Shown here piece by piece: positions 33,833 to 48,717 of a stretch of 64,000 nt of DNA. Source of the DNA: Amoebidium appalachense. Taxonomy: Eukaryota > Protista > Ichthyosporea. The stretch is from positions 7,747,962-7,811,961 of the forward strand of contig CAVNZM010000007.1 of NCBI GenBank assembly GCA_963693365.1. The letters run 5' to 3'. Under the pieces are notes generated by a model. It did not search any database and was not told the DNA's origin. It was given only the letters and a program-made list of their open reading frames with translations. The position numbers were made by a program, and so were the translations under genes. How positions within the stretch are numbered: position 1 is the stretch's first letter; every line of letters starts with the position of its first letter.

Positions 33833-34884
33833 TAAGGGTATGTAAATCTATCTAAAAAAAAGCCTATCTTTCTTTTAGATTTTTCCCAATCTTTCCCAAA
33901 ATCGACCTAACTTTCCCAGATCCTTTCCCGGAAATTCTTGAAAAATGAACCTATCTTTCCCAAAATCTTTCCCACCAGGTACCTATCTTTCCAAGAAATT
34001 TCCCGTCTTTCTCGAAAGCTACCTAAATTTCTTTCGAAATTTCTCGCCATAAACACATACACACGCACGCGCACAAAGTGTACACAGGCACACACGTGCA
34101 CACGCGCACACACTTCATGGTTGGTGGGCTCAGTGGCAATGAGATCGGCCACCAGAAAAGTGGAAGTGGTACTTTTACGTTTCGTAATGCTGACAGCTGC
34201 AGCAGAGAATGAGGCCATTTTGAAGAGATTCGAGTACAAGTAGAAATCGTACGGTGTTTCTGTCAAGTGCAATTGCAAGTTACAGCATATATACCCTTCC
34301 AAAGTGTCAACAATCGCTTGCAAACATTTGTTTTCATTGGTTGAATGCTGCCAATTACATTAATCTTGCGATTTCAGCCACTACAATCGTTTCCCTCCAA
34401 GAGTAAATTTTTTTAAAGTGGTGCTTAGGCTGCACTGGCGGGCCCGGTCAATTATAGTTATTGTAGCTATAGCCTACGGTCAAGCTCTTGTTATGCTCAC
34501 TTTGATTGGATTACAAACAATCCCATCGCCCCTCTCTCAGGAAAACAGTGTCATTGGACATGGTTAAGACTCCCACCTTTTTTGGTTTGTTTACGAGTCT
34601 TGCAGTCCAATCATGTGCCTTCCAAAGGAAGAGGGCAAAAGCCGGTAAACCATACCCTATATACCACATACATACCCCTAGACCACGAGAAATTTGGATC
34701 TTTCCGGCCTACTTTTTTCGAAATTCCCGAGATAGATCGCTCGGATCAAACAAGATCATCTATCCCACGATATCCTAAATTTCTCGCTCCTTTCCCAAAA
34801 TTTCACCTATCTTTCCGGCAACTTTCCTTTCCGGCAAGGTACCTAAATTTCTCGAGAATTTCCAGATAGATGTACATACCCTTA
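33833..34884. mobile_element. Non-autonomous hAT-superfamily DNA transposon (~1.05 kb)
   Basis: 8-bp TSD AGCCTGAG (33825-33832 and 34885-34892). TIRs TAAGGGTATGTAAATCTATCT ... AGATAGATGTACATACCCTTA. Subterminal (c)tatctttcc(c) repeats occur near both ends. Confidence 0.88.
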
Positions 34885-35489
34885 AGCCTGAGCCGCGTGA
34901 CCATGTGCGGGAGGTTGTGCGTCACTACAGTCTGGCAGCCTCGGTCTATTTTTTGCCATGGCGTGTGATAGAGAGTGCTGGCCCACCGTTGGCCGATGTT
35001 GTATGCGTGACTGCACCTTTCCGATTGTCTAAAGTGTCTGTCTAAATCCAGCTGGAATCCCAGAGAAACGGATCAGATTGGCCAAGCTAGTAGTAGTCCT
35101 TCGATGACTCTTTGCACCCCCAACGATCGCGAGAGTATTCCACGTACGTACCTATAAATGGTGCAGCCCGCTCGATTTCCTTTCATTTACTCTATTTTAG
35201 CCATGTGCATGTTGAATACAGCGACTCAACTACACAGTGCGAACATATGAATCGTAAATTTCACTGAACTGTTTAAAGAGGTCACGTACTCATGATAACT
35301 TTTGTCCCACCCACGTAACGAGAAATCACCCACGCCTGGCCACTTTTCATTGAAATTAAATCAGTAGCCACTCTTACCTTCCTGTTTTGATGCATCAAGA
35401 TACTTACCACCTGCATACAGGACACACTGAGCTACCTACCTAGCCACCGTACGCACATACGCGGAATACAAAAAAAAAACCGCACCACC

Positions 35490-36927
35490 ATGGACCCCTT
35501 CAATACACTCAACCATGCACGCATCCCAAATCATCATCGTGTCATGCATAGCATTCTGCTGTCCGGGTATTTTCAACGCTCTAAACGGCCTGGGCGGCGC
35601 TGGCTCAAGTGACCCAACGGTCGCCAACAACGCAAACACCGCACTGTATGCAACATTCTCAGTTTTCGGTTATTTCGGCGGTCTTTTTTTCAACATACTT
35701 GGCAACCCTTGGCAACCGAATACTGATGGCGCGCCAGTTGGTGGGTTGACATACTGCTTTTACGCAATTGCCCAATATGAAGCGGGTGTGAACAGCGATT
35801 TGGATTGGCTGGTCGTATTTTCCGGCGGTGTTTTGGGTTTTGGCGCGGGTCTTTTTGGACGGCGCAGGGAGCAATGATGATGGCATATGCAACGCGCGGG
35901 ATTAAGGGCACCTACATTTCGATCTTTTGGGTTATTTTCAACCTGGGTGGATTGGTGGGGGGGCTCATTTCGTTTGGCCTTAATTTCAGCAACGAGGTAG
36001 GTGCGGCCAACCCAGCCTCGTATTTTACATTTGCGGGGATCATGGGGTGGGTCCATTCTTGCTTTCATCTTTCTTGTCTCCCCAGACAAAGTCATCCGCG
36101 AAGACGGGAAACCCGTCACGTTTGCCAAGCAAAACGGCCCTTTTGAAGAACTAAAAAACGTTGCTTTTATGTTCACAAACGTCAACATGCTTCTTCTGAG
36201 CCCAATTTTCGTCGCGTCCAACTGGTTCTACACATATCAATTCAAACGGTGGCCTTTTTACCGTACGCGCACGTGGGCTCAACTCTGCCCTCTATTGGGG
36301 TGCCCAGATGGTGGGAGCGTTTCTTTTCGGCCAAGTTTTCCTTGACCGCCAGAGTGTACCAAAGAGAAAAAGGGGTTTATACGGTCTCGCAATTCTTGCC
36401 ATTTCTTTAACCGTCACGTACGGGTTGGGTCTATATCTTCAGATTGGCTACACGGGGGGGTTTAATAAGAACCTTTCGACAGACCCCGCATGTTCCGGAA
36501 TGGTCTATAGCCCGTACGACAACACGTGTCGGCCGCGCCTAGAAATAAATTCGGGAATATACTATCTGTTCCCTGTGATTGTTTTCCTGCTCTACGGGTT
36601 GAACGATGCAATGCTTCAGACGTTTGCCTATTGGGTGATAGGTGCAATAACGGACGATTGCGACCAATCAGCACGCTTTGCTGGTTACTATAAGGGATAC
36701 AGTCTGCGGGTGCGGCCGTGGCGTGGAGCATCGACAACACTCTGGCTAACAACACATGCACCTGGTTGATACAGCTCATAATTTGCTGGGGCCCATTTGA
36801 AATTTCGCTGCCCTTAACATTGGCGGTAGCAACCAAAAGTATTGTGAATGAAGAAGGGGGGCTGGGGGTGAATACATGTGAGGCGGGCAGAAGTGGGGTT
36901 AAGAAAGACACAACGGTTGATATTTGA
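35490..36927 (+). pseudogene. UNC-93-like MFS membrane protein, intronless, multiple frameshifts
   Basis: Overlapping ORFs in different frames rebuild the family motifs SQIIIVSCIAFCCPGIFNALNGLGGAG, FWTAQGAMMMAY...KGTYISIFWVIFNLGGLVGG, ASNWFYTYQF, RARGLNSALYWGAQMVGA, DAMLQTFAYWVIGA...ARFAGYYKG.QSAGAAVAW. ATG lies in a CACCACCATGG context. At least five frame disruptions. Confidence 0.85.
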
Positions 36928-37364
36928 CACCATGCTGATAGGTTATGTGTTTTTCTTGCTTTCCAATTATTTTTTCTATCTTTTTTGAACGAGCATAACT
37001 TTGTAAGAAATGAAATCTGCAGGGAATAGGGAATTTTAGGTGTGTATAGACCGGGCCGGGGATTAGATTCTACCCAACACGTAATTATTACACATTTTGA
37101 TGAACGAGTTGATGACAAACGTGGTTACAATGCCTGAGCGGTCGTTTGTCGTTGGACCCCCCCTCCCCCCCCCTCCCCCCCCCCCCCCCCCCAAAAAAAA
37201 AAAAAAAAAAAAAAAAAAAACCACAGCCACTTCCGTGCCTCTCAACCGAGCCATCACACATGTAACTCCCCTATTCAAATTTCCCCTCTTTCCCCGGTCT
37301 CCCCCCCTCCCCCCTCCTCCCCCCCCCCTCCTCCCCCCCCCTTCCCCTCCCCCCCATCCCCCCG

Positions 37365-37435
<71 letters not shown>

Positions 37436-37633
37436 CACGCACACACACACAGCAGCCTGTGCCCGTTTATCATAAAGGTCCCACCACTCTAAGTCTCCAC
37501 CCGATTCCAAACTCTTTTGTGAACGGCCATTTGTATGGCCCCGTGTGCGCAACTCAACCACCCTACAAAAGGTACCCCCTCTCCCCCCCCTCTCCCCCAC
37601 TCACTCATACACACAGTCACACACACACACGCA

Positions 37634-37704
<71 letters not shown>

Positions 37705-38125
37705 ACATACCACCCCAATGAACCCCTAGCCAACTCCCTTCCAGTCCCCATGCCTCCGTAAAACTAACAGTATACAGACACACACGGGTACATGCATCCA
37801 AGCACATCACACACGGGGACATGCACATTCACACACGTACACGCGCGCACAGACATGCACACACACGTCAGTGCGCACGCACATGCATATGCACACACAC
37901 CCGTGCACACTCATGCATGCACACATATGGCGATCATTTCAACAAGTACATGTACACCCGCAGGCCCACATAGAATCATTGCAGAGAGACACAATACACA
38001 CCCACACCCACAGATATACACGAGAAGACGAGCACACATCATGTACACACAAACACGCAAGCAGACATGCAGGAACACCCATGCATGTGCGTGTGCGTCC
38101 ACACACACACACGCACACGCGCGCG

Positions 38126-38168
<43 letters not shown>

Positions 38169-38233
38169 CAGACACACACACAGACACACACAGACACACG
38201 CACACACACACACACACACACACTCGCGCACGA

Positions 38234-38286
<53 letters not shown>

Positions 38287-39223
38287 TTCGAATCATATGT
38301 GGATATACTCGTGGATATGTAACTCGTACGTGTGCGCACACATGCATTCCATTGGCTGGTTTCTGTTTGTGTGTTAAAGCATTCTGCCCCGTTTTCGGTC
38401 CCACAGGACCATACTGGCTCGTTTCCTCAAGCCTCACTGGTGAAAAGACCCATTCAAGAGGCGTAGAACGGGTTGGGTGTACATGTGGAGGACTGTGTGA
38501 AATTTAGCTACATAAATTGTGTTCTATGTAGTAAATAAATTTGGTTTTTGTTTGGTTAGCTGGTTTGGTTTTCTACATCTATGGTTTTCTCCCGTGGTAG
38601 CAGCCCAAATGGCTGGGGGTTTTTTGATTGGCCCAGGACACGATCGTCCTGGCCAATCAAATACCGATCTAGATACCCTTATTACTATATAAAGGCGGTC
38701 CCCGTCAGGTTCATTTGGCAATACTCAGCCATCGCCCCTTACACTAAGTAGTGCCATCTATTGGCTGGCACCCACCATTTCTACAGCATACACATCGCGC
38801 AGTTTTATCCCTGTGATTCTATTGGCTGGCCGTTGTGATCTCGTATTTTCATGGCGTGGTGTTTGATACCCCCTCCGGCCACACGGCTTCCTCAAACCCG
38901 TCCCGTAAATATTCCCCCCGATGATAATTGAAAATTTGTGTCGGTGGGGTCTGCCGGATCCCACGGACCACCCGGGCTCCTTTCGTTCTGTAATGGTACT
39001 GAAACACACTCAGAGGCACAAAACGGGGTGTCTGTCAACATTGGGTTTAACTGTAAAGTTGGTTCTGCTGTCGTGTGTGTGAGAACAGGTGTGGACACGT
39101 GTGTGGGAATGTTTTTATGGGTGTGGGCTGTTTTCTCTTTTCTTTCCCGGTAGGGGGGGGGGGAGGGGGAGGGGGGGGGGAGGGGGGGGGGGAAGGGGTT
39201 GGGGGCAGGTACTGTGTGCGTGT

Positions 39224-39269
<46 letters not shown>

Positions 39270-39322
39270 GTGCGTGCGCACACGCGCACCCGCGTGCGCG
39301 TGTGTGCCGAAAAGGGGTGGGG

Positions 39323-39368
<46 letters not shown>

Positions 39369-40311
39369 GTAGGGGGCGGGGCTCTGCTGGATGCACATGT
39401 CGGGTCAGCGCTGCCTGCATGGTGCTGAAGGCCATCAACAGTGCCCCATTTTCCGCCTCGATGGGGGGCAGGGGCGGGGCGGGGGGGGGGGGGGGGGGGG
39501 GGGAGGGGGGGGGGGGGGGTCGTCTGGGGGAGGACTCATGCATTTGTGTGTGTGTACGCTAGGGTCTGTGAACGAGTAGGCAGAAGCATAAATATGTGTG
39601 GTCTCTCTTATAATGTGTGCCAAGGCCAACTTTTAGGGAATTAGTTTTGATTTTTTAACGGCCCGGAGTTTCTTTTTTGGGTCGTGTGGATAGGAGGTGG
39701 GGGCTGCGGAACAGGAAGGGGAGGGGAGGGGAGGGGGTGGTGAGTACCGTGAACTTGCTTCTTTCGTTAATAAAGGTGTGGGGTGTCCAGATATACACCT
39801 CGGCCTATCCGGTGACCTTATCCCCAAGCCCTCCCTCCCCCCTCCCTCCACCCCCCCACCCTTTTTTTTCCCTCGTAAAGAAAATTGAAGGGGAGTGGGG
39901 GGCGGGGGGGGGGGGGGGGGGGGAGGGGGGAGAGGGGGGGGTTCTCCTTAAATTTCACAGCATGGTGTGGGTGGTGGTGGCCGTGGTCTTTGGTAATTGG
40001 GTGGGGTGCATAGGCCAGTGGGTGGTTTAGGATGGGGTGAAGGCAAGAGAGAGTTAGAGTTTGTGAAGGGAGTGGGGCTTAAGTGGTTGCGTGTGTTGAG
40101 CCGGAGGGGGGGGGGGGGGGGGATGAGGGGGAGGGGGAGGGTGGGGAGGGGCCGGGGTGGTGGTGGTGGTGGTGGTGGGGGGGGGGGGGGGGGGGGGACC
40201 TGGCCACAAATGCTTCTTGAAATCCTAGGGAGTAGTACAGCCCGAGGAAGAGTTGTGTGGTACCCATCATTTCTCGCTTTCATTCAAAATTACTAAAGCG
40301 TGTGTCTGTGT

Positions 40312-40393
<82 letters not shown>

Positions 40394-40541
40394 GGGTCGA
40401 TAGTTGGTGCGGGGGGAAGGGGGAGAGGGGGGGGAGATGGGGGGGAGAGAGAGAGGGGGTGGTTTGGGGGGGGGGGGGGGGGGGGGGGGGAGGGGAGAGG
40501 GGGGGGGGGGGGGGAGGGGGGGGGGGGGGGAGGGAGAGGGG

Positions 40542-40701
<160 letters not shown>

Positions 40702-41003
40702 CGGGGTGAGGGCGGGGGGAGGGGGGGGGGGGGAGCTGTTTGTGGTAACGAGTTATCATGCAAATTCAGTAAGATGAAGCATTCAAGAATGCATACCGGG
40801 ATGTTCTTAATACGGCACCTAGCCCTGTATTGTGGCCGCATTATGCAGTCACATTTGCAGTCAAACAGCTGTGCTTGGGGGTTTTTTTCCCGGGGAGGGG
40901 GGGGGGGGGGGGGGGGGGGCTGAAGGGAGGGGGTGGGGGGGGGGGAAGGGGGGGGGGGGGGGGGGGGGAGGGAGAGTGGGTGAGTGGGTGCTGGGGGAGG
41001 GCA

Positions 41004-41041
<38 letters not shown>

Positions 41042-41360
41042 AGGGGGGGAGTAAACCGTTGTAAGCAACGATGAAAAATGATCCCTCAATGGTATTGTTA
41101 TGTCCACCACCGGTTAATCAATGACCAACAACTTTTTATTCAATAATTTTTTATTATTTAAGAGCATTAACATGTGCAACAGTCATCAGATTATATTCGA
41201 TAGTTATGCTGGCAAGTTACCAGCACTTCATCTGACCTGCGCTCTATTTTCATGTTTTTCTAAATATCACATTGCCACATAATCCCTGTGAAACCCTTCG
41301 GTTTTTTTTCCCATAATATAACCACACATCATATCATATATATAATCCCGTAAACATTTT

Positions 41361-41975
41361 TCAATGTGCGGGTGCAATTAGTCTAACAACCGCGCCACCA
41401 TCGACCCTAACCAACTTTGCCTGTCTCACGCCTTCATTCATTGCATCCGGTAGTTGGTAGTTGTCCACATGTGTGGCTGGAGGGGCAATATGAACCGAAA
41501 ATCCAGGAATGGGTAGCGGCATCTGCGCTAGCGTACCGTCAAAAGTCTCATAACCTCCGAGCATAATTGTTAGTTTGGGTGTCCTTGCCCCAGCCATTAA
41601 TCCAGCCCCCGCGGTTCTTTGTGATGGAGAAACCGACATGGGGATCTGCGTATAGCCCACCGATCCTTGTGATGTGTTCACGAGAATAAACCTCTGCCTC
41701 CCCCCGTTAGTAGTATACACAACTGGCATGCTTCCTGTAGAGTACACCCCCTGCAATCTCGCCTGGCTGGTTGCGGTGGTGATTCCTTGGGGGGGTGTAT
41801 ACGCACCAACACCTGCTCGTTGCATGTGGGAGGCGGGTAGTTTTGTGTAGGGGCTGTGAGGGTAGGCTAGTGGCTGGGTGGTTGGGGTGGTGTCGCAACC
41901 TTCCATCTCCTCTTGAAGCATGTCGAGGGCTGAAAGGCGTGCCGCTGGCGTCACCGGTTGCATCATTGTCGCCAT
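41361..41975 (-). CDS. Hypothetical intronless protein, 204 aa
   Basis: Non-repetitive ORF with a good start context (CACCATGG) in a repeat-free island; no recognisable domain. Confidence 0.6.
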   Translation of the reverse strand: MATMMQPVTPAARLSALDMLQEEMEGCDTTPTTQPLAYPHSPYTKLPASHMQRAGVGAYTPPQGITTATSQARLQGVYSTGSMPVVYTTNGGRQRFILVNTSQGSVGYTQIPMSVSPSQRTAGAGLMAGARTPKLTIMLGGYETFDGTLAQMPLPIPGFSVHIAPPATHVDNYQLPDAMNEGVRQAKLVRVDGGAVVRLIAPAH

Positions 41976-43753
41976 GGTGATTTGTTTGTGAAGTGGGATA
42001 TAGTGTATTCAGGGACCCAAAAAAAGGTGGTGTGAAGTGATGGTCGTCGTAAACAGAAGATATGAAGGTGCGCTTTAACGTGGACGTTTAGGGTCTATAT
42101 TGATGAGACTAATGATTATAGATTACAGAAAGCAGCCTAAAGTATTGGTGGTATGATCCCAGAAGTTTGTAAGCACATTCAGAGTTTTCTGATGATGATT
42201 GTGATAAAGGTTTTCATTAGAAGGCACACAGATAAAAACTTGGTTCTCTTCCAAATAGTTTTCAGAATAATGGATGTACGTCGTCTTAGAATCACAACAC
42301 CTGCTTAATTTTGCAAGACTCTCATCTGCTGTTCACTATGTCTTGGCTGAAAGGCGCAGGACTTGAAGCTCACCCGGCAGGGCCTACGTAAGTAAGTACA
42401 CCGAGTGATCTTGAATGACACCGTAACTGATTTATACCAGTGTTTTGCAGCAAACCAAGTAACCCGCAAACTGTGCGTGAGGGAACGGGCTGGCTATGTT
42501 TGTTGTTGGCGGGGTTGGGTTCTTATACTGCCTGTGTGTATCGTTGCTGAAATGAGGCGAAATCAATTTGCCCGATGAGGGGTTGTGCGCGGTTATGTTG
42601 AACAACGTGCCGCACGCGTTGTGGTCATTCCGCTGACAGCTGGTACGCTACACGGTGTCCGCAGTTAAAATAGTACCCAGAATGGTGTTGGAGTGAGTGT
42701 GTAGTAAAATGGTACATTTGTAACAAGAAAATAATTCTTTGCACACGTGGCTATTCCGGCTTGGTAATAACTTCGAAACCAGCAGACTTCGGGGGAATAA
42801 AGGAACTACAGGAGTGTGAAATAAACTAGTACACTGTATTACTCTTTAAATGGTCATATAATGCACGCATACCGATACATATTGCCCGCTCAAGGCTCAT
42901 TTGTTTCGTGCTTATCACCCGCTCACCTCAGTTTTGTTTTTGCTGTTGTGGAAACAAAGTTCCAAATGACGAACAATCTGATTGGTCAGAATTGCATCAC
43001 TTTGAGGAGGGCAAATATTAGATTTGCCGGTCAATCTGAAAAGGCTCAGTGTCATGGAATGCGTGGTACAATACCTCTCTGTAGCTAATTTCTGTAACAT
43101 AATATAATTCTGCATGATTTATTTACCCTTTTTTGAGCTAATTTTCTTCATTCATGAAGATTAGCAAAGACGCCAAGATTGTTCGATCTTGTTAGTGCCC
43201 CTTATGCACACTTAGAGACGCAACCAATCAAAATGACCGGAAATTCACCAATGAGATCCCCATAGATAGATTCTATCAGCTTTGCTTCTTTCTAGCTGGC
43301 CCGGGGTGCCAGGCACACACAGGCGTCCACTAACATGGTTAATTGAGGAAGAGGTGAGGGTTCTACGTTAGCAAACGTGCCCCAACGTGATGAAAACACG
43401 TCCTTTATTGCAATAATAGTCTTGCTTGGCCCCGGGCTGCAAATGAAAGCTTCGGGCCAACACAACATGTACACGGCCACCGCACGCGATGGTTGTGGTG
43501 CGTGTGACGGTCATGATCTTGTACATACTGTACGTACACTGTGCAGATTTCAGGCACGTAGGTCCTCTGTAGGGCCATACAATGCCAAAGACTTGCAAGT
43601 GCAGTTTTGAATATGAATGTAGCTCAATGGGAGCAGTATGTATGGACATAATGGAGCTTACGTAATCAGTGCATGTGGTGCTGCATATCTGCACATTGCT
43701 TTCATCGTACATACTCACAGGGTCGTGCAAGGAGTACTAACTAAAATTGTGAG

Positions 43754-43873
<120 letters not shown>

Positions 43874-43875
43874 AC

Positions 43876-43906
<31 letters not shown>

Positions 43907-44214
43907 TCTGTGCACGTGTGTGTGTGTGCCACACAAGGTGTGTGCACGTGTGTGTGTGTGCGTGTGCGTGTGTGCATGCGTGTGTGTGTGTGAATGTGTG
44001 CGGACGCGCGTGCACGTGTGTGTGACCGTGAGGGTGGGGAGGTGGGGGATGGAGCTGGGCAGCTGTGTGTGTGTAAAGACGAAACACATCCGAGCAGTCT
44101 AGACGGTGATCCAGAGAGAAAGGGGATGATGCTGAAGGGGGAGGGGGAGGCCGGCCCCCGGGGGGTGTCAAGTTTTTTTTTTTTTTTTTTTTCTTTTTTC
44201 CCCTCTTTTGAGGA

Positions 44215-44249
<35 letters not shown>

Positions 44250-45440
44250 GGGGGGGGGAAGTAGTAATCGATGACTTGGATCAAGTTGATTGGTAAACAA
44301 CAAGGGGGTGCTGGAGGGGGAAGGGGAGTCCGGATATGGTGTCAGTTTTATTTTATTTATTTTATTTTATTTTTTATTTTATTTTATTTTTTTGGGGGGG
44401 GGGGGGAGGGGGGGAGGGGGGGAGAGGGGGGGGGGGGGAGGGGGGGGGGGGGGGGGGAATGCTAGGGGAATGGCCTGCAGGTTGTGAACAAGACGGATGG
44501 GGTTGGTTCGTGACTAGTTTATTCTATCGTGTTTTCACTAAGGCAGCTTTAGTTTATTTTTTGTTGGCTAAGTCATCGGGGTTGCACAACATAAGTTATA
44601 GTAATCACTAGAGAAAGTTTTCGACGGAAATCTCATCTTTTAACTTGAGCCGGTGTGTGATTAGGTGATTAATACTTACTCACCTGGGTCACTTTGTAAG
44701 GTCTGACAAGGACTCGCTAGAAAAGAAGTCCTTTAAACTTTTGGTAAAATCATTATTATGGCACATATCCTGAAATACAATTATGGACCTGCTATCTTTG
44801 GAGGTAGCTCTTGTTTTTCGAGGCCGACAAGACTTTCCTTCTGAGGTGACTAATCGCGGGCCAACTCATAGCCCTGAAAAATAGACCTAGACTTGGTCAT
44901 ATGACGGCTGAGGCCACAATCCCACGTAGCAGATTATGGACCCGGATGTGATGTTGACACAAGCGACGAAAACAAACAAGAAATCGCCATATATTTGAAG
45001 AGCAAATCCAGAATTATCCCCCTATTCATATCCAGAGGGCCTTAATAAATTTAACTCTGCCAGTGCCACGATATATCCACCAAGCAGAGTGATGACTTCA
45101 CACACTTTTCTATTGCTGCCCTGTAGTCTAGTCTAAAAATCTTTTTGCACTGCCCTCTCATACGCCCCTCCCCCCCAAACACACACACACACTGGGTGGT
45201 ACACACACCACCACCCATCAGCGTGTCACCACAGCGCCGAACGTCCTTAGCCGTGCTTTTTAAAACTCGCTAGAGCTACACCAGAATTCTTTCCAAAATT
45301 CGAGTTAGTATCTATTTTTTATTTGCCCAGACTGTCCCATGCTAACGGCAGGGTGTTTCACAGCATGCTAATGGCACATTATATACCACATGGACATTCA
45401 AGATGGGTGGGTGAGTGGATGGTGTTTTTTTTTTAATGAG

Positions 45441-45478
<38 letters not shown>

Positions 45479-47773
45479 CGGAGGGGAGGAGGTTATTGCA
45501 AGAGGGGAGGCGGAGAAGGGGGAATAGGGGACGGGCTCAGGGGGATGAGGGACGGTGCCACAGATGGGTTCTTTCTTGAACATGGATAGATTAGACCTTA
45601 TTCAGACTTGCTCACAGAAATCAAGCTTCACCACTACTATTAGAAGAAGCAATCTCAAATGACTCTGAGACAGCCAATCATATGCAGATGCCCATGGGCT
45701 ACAGCCTGTAAGGTTGATTGTTGGTCTGATCCCAATGAGACGCCCCCCCCCCCCTCCTCTCCCCCCCCCCCTCCCCCCCCCTTCCCCTCCCCCCCCCCCC
45801 CCCCCCCCCGGGCGCAAAAGCACTGTATACCTCGGACACCTACCTGGCCCCAGTGACATAAATGATCAGTGATGTTCCACGGGAACCTAGGGTTATATGT
45901 ATTACCGTGGGGGTCGCTATGTTGTCATTAGTTTTCTATTGACTCAATAGAGCAGAGAGACAATGACATGCAGGGCGGCTATTATTGGAGGGGGGGGGGA
46001 GAAGGAGGGGAGAGGAGAAGGGGAGGGAGGGGGTGAGGGCGGGGGTGGGGGGGGGGGGGGGGGGAGGGGAAATCAAACGGGGAGGGGGGAGGGGACTTGA
46101 AAGGAGACAGATGGTGCGCTCCACATCACCCCCGACATGAACAACGACGTTCCGGTTTAAAGCAGGCTGGGCTTGTGTTAGGAGAGCGAGTGGTGGATAA
46201 GGGTGTGTATGTCAAATCGTGTGTAGATGTGTGTGTGTTTTATGAATAAACAGCGAGTCGCGGCAAGTGTGTGTGTGTGTGTGTGTGTATGTCTGTGTGT
46301 CTGTGTGTGAGTGAGAGTATTTTTCTCTCTGTGTACACACGCTCGGGCGCACGCGTGCGTGTGTGCGTGTGCGGATGCGCGTGTGCGTGTGCGCGAGCGT
46401 GTGTTTCACACGGTGTGTGTGTGTGTGTGTGTGTGTGTATGCGCGCGTGCGCAGGGAGGGGGGGGGGGGGAGCAGCCGTGGCTGCCAGTGTGTGTCAGTG
46501 TATATGTGTACTGGGTGTGTGTGTGTGTGTGGGTGGGTGGGGAAGGGGGGGGTGGGAGGGAGAGGGGGGGGGGGGGGGGGGGCTGGGCACACAAAGCTGT
46601 TGAACCAAACACTGTACATCCCTCCAGCACCCACACAACATGATAATTATTGTGGGATATTTAAGCAAAGACCCCGGAAAGAGGGGTTGGGGGGGGGGGG
46701 GGGGGGGGGGGGAGGGGCAGGGAGGGGGCGAGGGGAGGGGGGAGGGGGGGAGGGGGGAGAGGGGGGGGGGGGGGGGAGGGGAGGGAGTAGATGGCTACAA
46801 AAAGCTCGGGGAAAGTGTCTAATCGCATTGAGGGTGTTTGTTCCTCATGGGATTAGCCAAAAGGTGGATTTTGTGCTTTATGCCGACATATTATAGACAA
46901 AGACAATCAAAACATCCGTGTGTGTTGGTTACAAGTGGGTCAGTGGCTAGGTGTGGGTGGGTATGTGCGGATGGGTGTTGGTAAGATATGCCTGTCCACG
47001 TGTGTGCGCCTCATGTGTGGTTAGATGTGTAAGGGGCGGCCAGACGGGGGGGGGGGGGGGGGGGGGGGGAAGGGGGGTGGGAGGGGGGGGGGGGGGGGGG
47101 GAAGAAGGACAGGGAAAGGAAATTTTAACGGGGCACCCAAGATATCGTAGCGTAACGGCTAGCTGCAGCGTGTTATGTGTTCTGTGTGTGTGCACGTCTG
47201 TGTGTGTGCGCGGGTGGAGGAGGAGGGGGGGGGGGGGGGGGGGGGGGGACACCACTGCTTGTGGGTTGGTGGTGGCGGTGGTGGTGTCGGGAGAGGTGGG
47301 CGACGGAGGCGAATACAGCGAAAGGGGTGGCAATTAGAGGTGGACAAAACAGAGGGGGAGAGGCGGGGGGGGGGAGGGGGGGGGAGGGGAGGGGGGGGAA
47401 GGGTTGGGGGAGGGAGAAGGGGAGCAGATGGATGGATGGAAGAATACCTACCGAGAAGGTTTCATATTTCTGTGTCCAGTGTCATTATTTGATCAAGCGG
47501 GGAGGACGGGGGGGGGGGGGGGGGGGGAGGGGGGAAGGAGGGGAGGGGGGTGGTTTGGTTTGTGGGGGATGTTGTTTGGTAACACTCGTCTTTCGTGCCC
47601 ACCTGTTGAATATCGCTTGTACATGAGAGAGCAACGTTTGTTCTTGATCATACCACGTCACCTCTAAGACGGCATACATCAGAGGAAGTTTTCCTTTGGT
47701 TGACGGTCACTGTGCAACCGTTCAAAGCTTGTGTTCGTGTATCGTCACCTAGCCCTACCTCCCACCCCGGCAC

Positions 47774-47863
<90 letters not shown>

Positions 47864-48320
47864 GTCTGTCTGCCCCCCCCCCCCCCCCCCCCCCCGAAGC
47901 CCTCTCCTCCTTCTATGGAGATGCACACAGGGGCTGTGAAGCTCAGCCACACACGCAATCTCACCAGGGAGAACATAATCCCCCCCCCCCCCCCCTCCCC
48001 CCCTTTGGCGGAGGGCGGTGGACGACGGGGTCCAAGGGGGGGAGGGGGGGGTGAAGTTGAAGGCTTTGGTGATACTTGAACATAACTGAGCCCAAAGACT
48101 CGTCGCCGCCACCCGACTTCGTTGAAGTCGTGCAGGGCTGGGCAGCTTAATTGATAATTTAATAACGGTTATTTACTTATGATAAAAATTGGTTTGTTTG
48201 AAACCCCGCTGTACATCGAAAGTTTACCCAATAGCCAGTCATATTTGACTAAGCTCGGAGATGTAGGTGAGGTGATGTGCTGGTGAAGGTTTTGGATAAA
48301 CGGGGGCAAGGCCGGGGGAG

Positions 48321-48353
<33 letters not shown>

Positions 48354-48632
48354 GGGAGGGGGGAGGGGGAAGGGGGGGGCGGCACAGTTGCGGGGGCAGG
48401 CGGAGGGAGGGGGGGGGGGGGGAGAGAGAGAGATGGGGGGGAGGGGGAGGGGGAGAGAGAGAAGGGGGAGGGGGGGGATTTGTAGGCTGCTTTTTCCAAT
48501 GCTGAATCACCCCCTCTCCCCTCCCCCAGCCCTCTCCCTCACCCGCCTTTTTTCTTTCTTTCTTGAAGTTCTCCTTCTTCTTCTTCTTCTTCTTCTTCTT
48601 TTTAAGGCTTTCATATCTGTAACCGTGTGACA

Positions 48633-48717
<85 letters not shown>

